Source: Azolla caroliniana (taxonomy: Eukaryota > Plantae > Polypodiophyta). Taken from it: 64,000 nt of DNA. The translations under genes were made by a program, and so were the position numbers. The stretch lies in the NCBI GenBank assembly GCA_043228905.1, contig JBHGNT010000009.1, positions 20,708,001 through 20,772,000 of the forward strand, given 5' to 3'. The notes beneath the pieces are model-generated. The model was not told where the DNA came from. It saw nothing but the letters and a program-made list of their open reading frames with translations, and ran no database searches. Shown piece by piece: positions 63,566 through 64,000 of the stretch (positions within the stretch are counted from its first letter, which is position 1; the number at the start of each line of letters is the position of its first letter).

Positions 63566-64000
63566 AACAAACAAAAGCGGCAGTTGAGTTTAAGAGCAGG
63601 CAATCGTAAAGACCATATCTATATCTATATATCTATATCTATATATACCTTGTCCGAGATGAAGGGTTGGAGCTGCAGACGATTCTCTGAGGAGCTCCTG
63701 CAAATTCCTCTCAGAAAAAAGAAGGAAATGAAGGGAAATAAAAAGCAGATTAGATACATATATATGTATATGTATGTATGTGTACCTTGGTGGGGGTATC
63801 GCGCTTAAGATCGCCGCTGCAAACGCTGTGTGTGTCACAAGAACCCAAAGATTGTAAAGGAAAACGAAAAAGAAAGCCTCAGAGAAAAAAGCTCTCTCTC
63901 TCTCTCTCTCTACCCACAACCCTTAAAAATCCAAAATTGCACACACTCACACACACACATACTATACTATACTATACTCACACATATGTACATATACAGA

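Overview
Eukaryotic nuclear DNA from a land plant, probably seed-free or a fern, judged from a PLS-type PPR fragment, spliceosomal introns and the retroelement types. Positions 1-17077 are a Ty3/gypsy cluster. It holds the 3' end of a decayed chromovirus (1-2003) and a GC-rich non-chromovirus element A on the minus strand (2221-17077, 646-bp LTRs, ACGT TSD). An AT-rich, nearly intact sister element B (8314-16179, ~1.07-kb LTRs, CCGG TSD) is inserted antisense into the gag of A. A and B share a tRNA-Trp PBS, TGTCGTGAAG LTR starts, 4-bp CG-centred palindromic TSDs, a gag-pro/pol frameshift cassette and a covarying hairpin just upstream of the PPT. B also carries two tRNA-like (A-box/B-box) cassettes in each LTR. 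The rest of the window holds host genes: gamma-glutamyl transpeptidase, phospholipase A1, organellar uL30, a HEIP1/C12orf40-like meiotic gene, cytochrome b5, an unknown coiled-coil/TM protein and NUP50. These are interspersed with TE debris, tandem duplications and microsatellites. All calls are by eye, with no database searches.
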